DNA of 64,000 bases, from the NCBI RefSeq assembly GCF_009914755.1, contig NC_060929.1. One strand, written 5' to 3'. Position 1 is the first letter of the stretch, and each line of letters opens with the position of its first letter. Under the pieces are notes generated by a model. That model was not told where the DNA came from. It saw only the letters and a list, made by a program, of their open reading frames with translations, and ran no database searches. Below, in pieces: positions 58,090-64,000 of this stretch. This stretch comes from the human T2T-CHM13v2.0 reference genome, Homo sapiens. The position numbers and the translations under genes are program-made.

Positions 58090-58236
58090 CTTCAAACAAA
58101 ACACAGAAGCCACACTATGGGCACACACCCTCCAAGAGCTAACTGGCCACCCCTTCCAGACAGCTAACCTCCCACTGAGCGTGTCTGACTGCTTCATGAT
58201 CAGGGCGATGGAGGGAGGGAGGTGCTCTGGAGGTAG

Positions 58237-58580
<344 letters not shown>

Positions 58581-59438
58581 AGAAGTGCTATTTTTATCAC
58601 AGACACTTAGTAGATAAGGTTATATAGTTTAGGGTAAAGATTTCTGACCTATTTTCAACCACTGAATCTACTTTTCATCTGGATAATAATGAATTAAAGA
58701 TAAACATTTTAAAATCTACTCTGTGTTTTATTTTGGCTCCATAAGCTATTCCCCTCCAGAGCCCCACCTGTTTGCATGAATACACCATGCAGGAGTGTCT
58801 GCCTTTAGAAGTGGTTAGGCCATGCTGATGTGGAATAGGAGTACAGTGAATAAAGATCAAGGCTTCTAAAGCAGAAAAATTTAAGCACGCACAATTATGA
58901 AAAAGATGGGTCTACTTTACTTCAAATCCATCAGCCACAACCACGTTATGATACCCTTCATATGCAGAAACTTAATAAATATGAGCTGAATGGAAAATGA
59001 AGAAATAAACTTTTAGAGATGACAAAACATAATAGATCAAATAACACATAAATGGGCTTTCTCCCTTGTTCTCCTTTTCTGGGTTGCAAGATATTTTGCA
59101 GGCTGAAGAAGGTAGAGATGCAGTACAGGTATGGTACAGATTCTACCGCACATTGATGATCTGTCTATGGTTTGTCTGATCCCTTTGCCCTTTGTGAAAA
59201 ACTTCCAAAGGTCCAGATAAAAGAATTTCCCAGAGTGGATAAACCTGGGCTTTCCAGAATGTGGCAATGCCATCCTGGCTTTCACTGGCTCTGAGTTTTT
59301 TCCTCCTCAGAGGAGGGAGCTTTTGTCTCACAAAAATCTTGTCCCCCGGTTCTTTCTCTGAGCAGTAGAGGGTATAGTAGTTTTCCTGCCCTAACGAACT
59401 TCCTGCTGTTTCCAAGGGAGGACACACAATGACAATAC

Positions 59439-59534
59439 CTGGCACCCTAGAGCTGCCCGGAGAAATCCCAGAACTGTTGGTGATGCTGGGGCTGCTCCAG
59501 TAACAATCATCCGCACACACCCACCAAGACTGGC
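59439..59534 (-). CDS. ACSL6: ACSL6 coding exon (ASLGGCVRMIVTGAAPASPTVLGFLRAALGCQ)
   Basis: Acceptor cccacag|GCC, donor CAG|GTATTG; 96 nt. Confidence 0.95.
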
Positions 59535-60612
59535 CTGTGGGAAGAAAGAAGAGCTGCCAAATTTTGTGATGTCTGAGATGGTGTCCAGTCCATCTGGGTT
59601 TCATCCAAGGTCAACATCCAACAACTGGGTCCTACCTGGATGCTAGGGCTGGGATCAGAAAGAAGGCCTGAGGTTGTACAACACACGAGCTGAGGAAACT
59701 CCTTCCCCTTCCTAATGATAAACACAATCAGCTCTGCAGCTCAATCCACCATATGACCAATTCTTTTATGCCTTTTGAGATAAGTACCATCAGTCTGGGT
59801 GGCATTCTATAATATTGGTTCTTCTCCCTTCCTTAAAATACACAGCTGTTCCGTCACTCTCCCATCATTGACAAGAATCCAAAACAATTACTTAGGACAA
59901 TTTCTTCCAATTTCCATTTTAATGGCATTGCCTTTTTTCATGTATAAATCAATACCATGCTTTATTTACTATGTACTGCTGAGGACGAAGAATACTTGAA
60001 ACACTTTGTTTATGTAAGTTGAGCCAAGATATTTTAAATATTAATTTTCATAACTAAAAATAGAGTAGCAAGAAAAAAATGAATAATGCTACTAATTGAC
60101 TACAGATTCCTTGGATAATGCAGAGTTTAAAAACTTTTGAGGAGGTACAGAAATGAGTAATTCAAGATTGGCCTGGTGTGGGAGATACTAAAGGGACAGA
60201 ACACAGAAAAGAAAAAGAAGATTTTGAACCATTTGGCTAGACCCATGCTGCTGGAAAGCCACCATGGCCAGGATTACAGGGAGGGGCAAGAGAACTTCAG
60301 GGCCCAGGAGCTTCTCAGTGGAGCACTGACCTGACTACCCAAGGTCAAAGCCACACTGTTGCCTGTGGAGATCAAGGGACCTACTATCCATAGTAGGTTT
60401 TCTTCTTGCTCATCTCAAATGTAACGTATCTCCAAAAATCAAAAATGTCTAAGTTTAAAATTTCAATCATAGCTTAAGCTTTGATTTCATGAGCAAATGA
60501 GTTACTATTTCACATGATTACAGGGCACTGGGATGAACTTCTCCAGTTCTCCTGCAAGGTCACCCGTTGGATACTTAGGTGTCACTCTATAATCACTTGT
60601 TCATTTTCTTAC

Positions 60613-60747
60613 CTGAATCTTATTAAAGAAGAGTTCATCCCAGATACTATCATTCCTGATGATTCCACTCCGGACCTCGGCTTGCTTACGCTTTGCTGCA
60701 AACTCCAGGAGCCAGCGCTTTAATGGTGTGTTTGCCTGGCTGAAGAT
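60613..60747 (-). CDS. ACSL6: ACSL6 coding exon (IFSQANTPLKRWLLEFAAKRKQAEVRSGIIRNDSIWDELFFNKIQ)
   Basis: Acceptor ttcctcag|ATC, donor CAG|GTAAGA; 135 nt. Confidence 0.95.
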
Positions 60748-61154
60748 CTGAGGAACATAAGTTGGAAGCAGCTGTCAGAGCCTGAATGTCTCATTTCTAG
60801 ATATATCCCCCAGGAATAAGGCCCAGACTGGCCAGCAGAGAAGCCATGTTCCATTTTGCCCCTGCAGGAGGTCACTGAATGTGTGACATTGAGCTGAAGG
60901 TTAACACTGCCAGGGTCCAGGCATGCTGTGAAGATGGAAGTTCCTGAAAAAAAATCTCTCCCGCAGGGGTATTTGGAGAATAGGAAGAAAACAGGAGAAG
61001 GAAGAATGAGAAAGAGTCAGGAACTACAAGAGAGGAGGCAAGTTCCAGGACTTGGCAGTGGAGGCACTGAAAGCCTGCCTGGGGCTCCAGACCCTGTCCA
61101 AACAAGCAAATATGCAGCCCCTCAGCCTGGCTGAAGACTCCCTGCAGAACTTAC

Positions 61155-61289
61155 CTTGTCGTACATCCGGTTCAGCAGTCGTGGGACCACAGGGAAGATG
61201 GTGGGGCATAGAGCCTTCATGTCATCTGAGAGAAGGCGGATATCTCCCTGGAAGAAGCCAACACGCCCTCCGTGGCAATAGACGACAGA
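61155..61289 (-). CDS. ACSL6: ACSL6 coding exon (SVVYCHGGRVGFFQGDIRLLSDDMKALCPTIFPVVPRLLNRMYDK)
   Basis: Acceptor tttctag|TCT, donor AAG|GTAAGT; 135 nt. Confidence 0.95.
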
Positions 61290-61819
61290 CTAGAAAGACA
61301 GGACAGGAAGGGAGGAGTCCCTTAGGGTGGTCACTACTGGCGATAGTCCAAAGCTGTCCAAAGTGCTGCCCTACATGGAGGGCACCCATGACCCCCTGAC
61401 CCAGCTCTGGCTGCTGCCATGAGACACTGATGAATGCCATCTGAGGTGACCCCCACCCCCTCACCTTCCAACCAAGTCCCACTCAGGCACAGGGAGATGA
61501 AGCAGAAGATGGAGTGGAATCCTGAGCCTCTGGGAGATGCCAAAGCAGCCATTCTCACTGGCGTGTGCCCCCCTCACCTACTCCCAAACCCTGGACATGG
61601 GCCTCCCTGGGGACTCAGGCCTTTGAGATGTACTACAGCCTACTAATGGGTCTGCTCCAGGTCTTAGAGTTGTTGGATTTCCCCAGGGAATTCTGGGAAG
61701 GTGAAGGTGTGTAAGCCCCATGAGTACTGGAGATGCTGCTGAAGTTGGCTGTGGGTGCTGTTTAGTGCGAGGCCAAGGGGGAGCCCCTGGCTGGTTCCTA
61801 ATGGGACTAGGAGTACACC

Positions 61820-62010
61820 AGGGGCCTTATATATGCTCCTTTCTTTAATGCTCATAGCAACCCTATAAGGGAAGTGGCATTTCTACAGGTAAGGAACACA
61901 AAGCTCAGAGAGGTTACATGACTTGCCCAGGGTCACAAAACTAATTTACAGTAATTGCTGGCATTGAATCCAGGTCTGGAAAGCTGGAAAGCATGCTCTC
62001 CAGATGCCAC
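61820..62010 (-). mobile_element. MIR
   Basis: aaggaacacaaagctcagagaggttacatgacttgcccagggtcaca. Confidence 0.75.
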
Positions 62011-62646
62011 GGCCTTACCTGCACTATTACATAAGACCTCCCCCAAGGCAAAATGGGAAAGGCCTAGAAGACACAGTTTTTTCATATGCTGGTCCCTTGA
62101 GTGACACATATATGGAGAATTCCTTGTCTCCATAATCACATATGGATTCCTCCTCCCACTCCCTCTGTACTTCCACAAGGCCTGTCTCAGGGCCAGCCTC
62201 AGGCCAGTCCCCATCTGCAGCCTGAAGAGCCATGCCAGTTTCATTCCCCAACTTTACTCTTTTGTTTTCTCTTTTAGGAGTTTGTGAATTATAAAAGTTA
62301 TGGAACATAAGTGTTTTGGTCATAAACGGAGCTGTACTGCACAGAGCTTGAATGGTAAAGCACTTCTGCAAAGCTGCAATACTCTCTGAGAAGATGCTAT
62401 CAGCTGGGGTCTCTCTCAGCTGAGTGTGTCCATGGGTAAGACAGGGCAGGCCTGGGGGCTTCCCTGGAACAATGCTCCCAGGAGGGACAAGTGGGGTGGC
62501 TAAAGTCCTCTGAGCCCTCTGACCCCTATGGTACCTTCTGAGGACAGGGCAGTTTGGTCCTACTTCATGCCACCAGTGACAAGTGACACCCGCTAGGGTT
62601 ATGGGTTCTAGGCACAGAGTGTGCCTCCCTGATGCCAGGGCCTTAC

Positions 62647-62724
62647 CTGCACCATTCGCTCAAACATGTGTGCTAAAGGCAAATAGGAAATGTGCACATC
62701 CGCACAAGTGGGAGCCCACTGACT
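62647..62724 (-). CDS. ACSL6: ACSL6 mutually exclusive Y-gate exon (SQWAPTCADVHISYLPLAHMFERMVQ)
   Basis: Acceptor ttcttacag|AGT, donor CAG|GTAAGG; 78 nt, phase 0-0; paralogous to the adjacent exon. Confidence 0.95.
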
Positions 62725-62781
62725 CTGTAAGAAAAAAGAAGGAGCCCAGGCAAGGCCCGGTCAGTCAGGTGGGTGTCTTAC

Positions 62782-62859
62782 CTGGATTACTCTCTCAAAC
62801 ATGTGAGCCAGAGGCAGGAAGGAGATGAGCACATCGTCCTGTCTCGGAAAGATCACTTT
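62782..62859 (-). CDS. ACSL6: ACSL6 mutually exclusive F-gate exon (KVIFPRQDDVLISFLPLAHMFERVIQ)
   Basis: Acceptor cctgcag|AAA, donor CAG|GTAAGA; 78 nt, phase 0-0; LPLAHMFE acyl-CoA synthetase motif. Confidence 0.95.
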
Positions 62860-62869
62860 CTGCAGGCGA

Positions 62870-63090
62870 CGGGCATGGGAGACAGAAAGGAAAGAAACAC
62901 TGACAGGAAGACGACAAGAGAATCATAAAACAATAAAGAGAAAATGGTCCTGGAGGGTAAACAGGAAGAGGGGGAGGGGAATGGGAGTGGTGAGGACAGA
63001 GAGAGAGGTGAGATGAAAGAGAGAAGAAATGAGAGAGAGAGGGAGAGAGAGAGGGAGGGGGAAGGTGCAGAAAGAAGAGAGAGACAGGGC
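62870..63090. repeat. GA-rich low-complexity tract (polypyrimidine on the ACSL6 strand)
   Basis: gagagagaga/gggagagaga runs upstream of the F-gate acceptor. Confidence 0.85.
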
Positions 63091-64000
63091 AGCATAGGAA
63101 GCGGAGTGTTAGGTCGCAGCGTCAGTGGGTCTAGGTTATCTGCAGAAGCAAAGAGCCAAATGAAGCACACAGAAACCAGCAGAGTGGGCTCCGCAGGGAA
63201 GTCTCCTCTCTGAGGGCCTGCCCCTCACTTGCAGTCAGTCGGCTCTAGCCCGGCTCTCTCCCCTTCCTCCCCACACCTGCAGGACCTGCCCCACACCCCA
63301 TTTCTCCAGGATCCCTGGGCTACCCGGGCAGGGATTCAGAAGGTCTTGGCTAGTCAGCACTTTCTAGTCCTTGCAGAGAAAGGGGCCCAGAGACTCCTAA
63401 GTCTATGCAACTGTGGCTGGGGTATGAGCCCCAGCCAGAGGAGGAGACAAGGCCAAACCCCAAACACTGGCTGAGCCTGGCCTCACAAGCCATCCCTGGA
63501 ACCAGGGCCTTAAAGAGGAATGCTGACAGGGAGCCCTGCTGTGCCCCGCCAGCAAAGGGAGGGCCCAGGACACATCTCACAGATGGGACTGACCCTAGGG
63601 ACAGGGGCTACTCCAGCCAGGGGAGCCCTGCACAAGGCTTGGGATCTGGGTGGGCTGTGCCTCCACGTGCTCTCCTCTGCTGGACTTCCCTGCTCTCCAC
63701 CCCTTTGCAGAGGCCTTCACTCTCCTGTGCTGGCTTTTGGGCCAGCTTGGGCAAACCTTGGCTCCTGACCTGGGCTCAGCCACCAACTGTCTCTCACAGT
63801 TTTCTGCTAAAATAAACTGTCTCTCACAGTTTTCTACTAAGTGTTTGGGGCACACACTTCATAATGTCATCTACCATGAATGTGGAGTGTGACTTTCTCC
63901 ACAGTGAAGAAAAAGCCAAACTTTTTTGAAAAGATACACTCCTTTATGCTGAAGGAAACTGCAGGACATACTCACCACTTGTGGGAAAAGTCCTCCTTTG

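Noticed and set aside
59143-59604. 153-aa minus-strand ORF overlapping an ACSL6 exon in another frame
   Set aside because: Off-frame overlap running into intron; no homology recognised

Overview
Primate (human-like) genomic DNA containing parts of two tandem minus-strand genes that I recognise from their exon translations; in human they are neighbours at 5q31.1. (1) The 5' part of MEIKIN (meiosis-specific kinetochore protein): CpG-rich promoter near 33.0-33.8 kb and coding exons 1-7 from 33388 down to 4770, with later exons off the left edge. (2) The 3' half of ACSL6 (long-chain acyl-CoA synthetase 6): the two mutually exclusive 78-nt 'gate' exons (62782-62859 and 62647-62724), ten further coding exons, the stop codon at 42117 and a ~4.3-kb 3'UTR ending near 37857. 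All splice junctions were read from the sequence and are GT-AG with consistent phases. The rest is mostly Alu, L1, L2, MIR, LTR and DNA-transposon relics; subfamily names are by eye and boundaries approximate. I found no convincing new biological system. The most notable observations are: a complex templated insertion holding a 105-bp inverted copy of an L1 junction (16.5-16.8 kb versus 18.4 kb); a steric and distant-branch-point architecture around the ACSL6 gate exons; inverted Alus in the ACSL6 3'UTR split by internal poly(A) signals; a phase-compatible ACSL6-to-MEIKIN readthrough route; a tailless Alu with a 16-bp TSD; and a rearranged inverted-plus-direct duplication in an ACSL6 intron.
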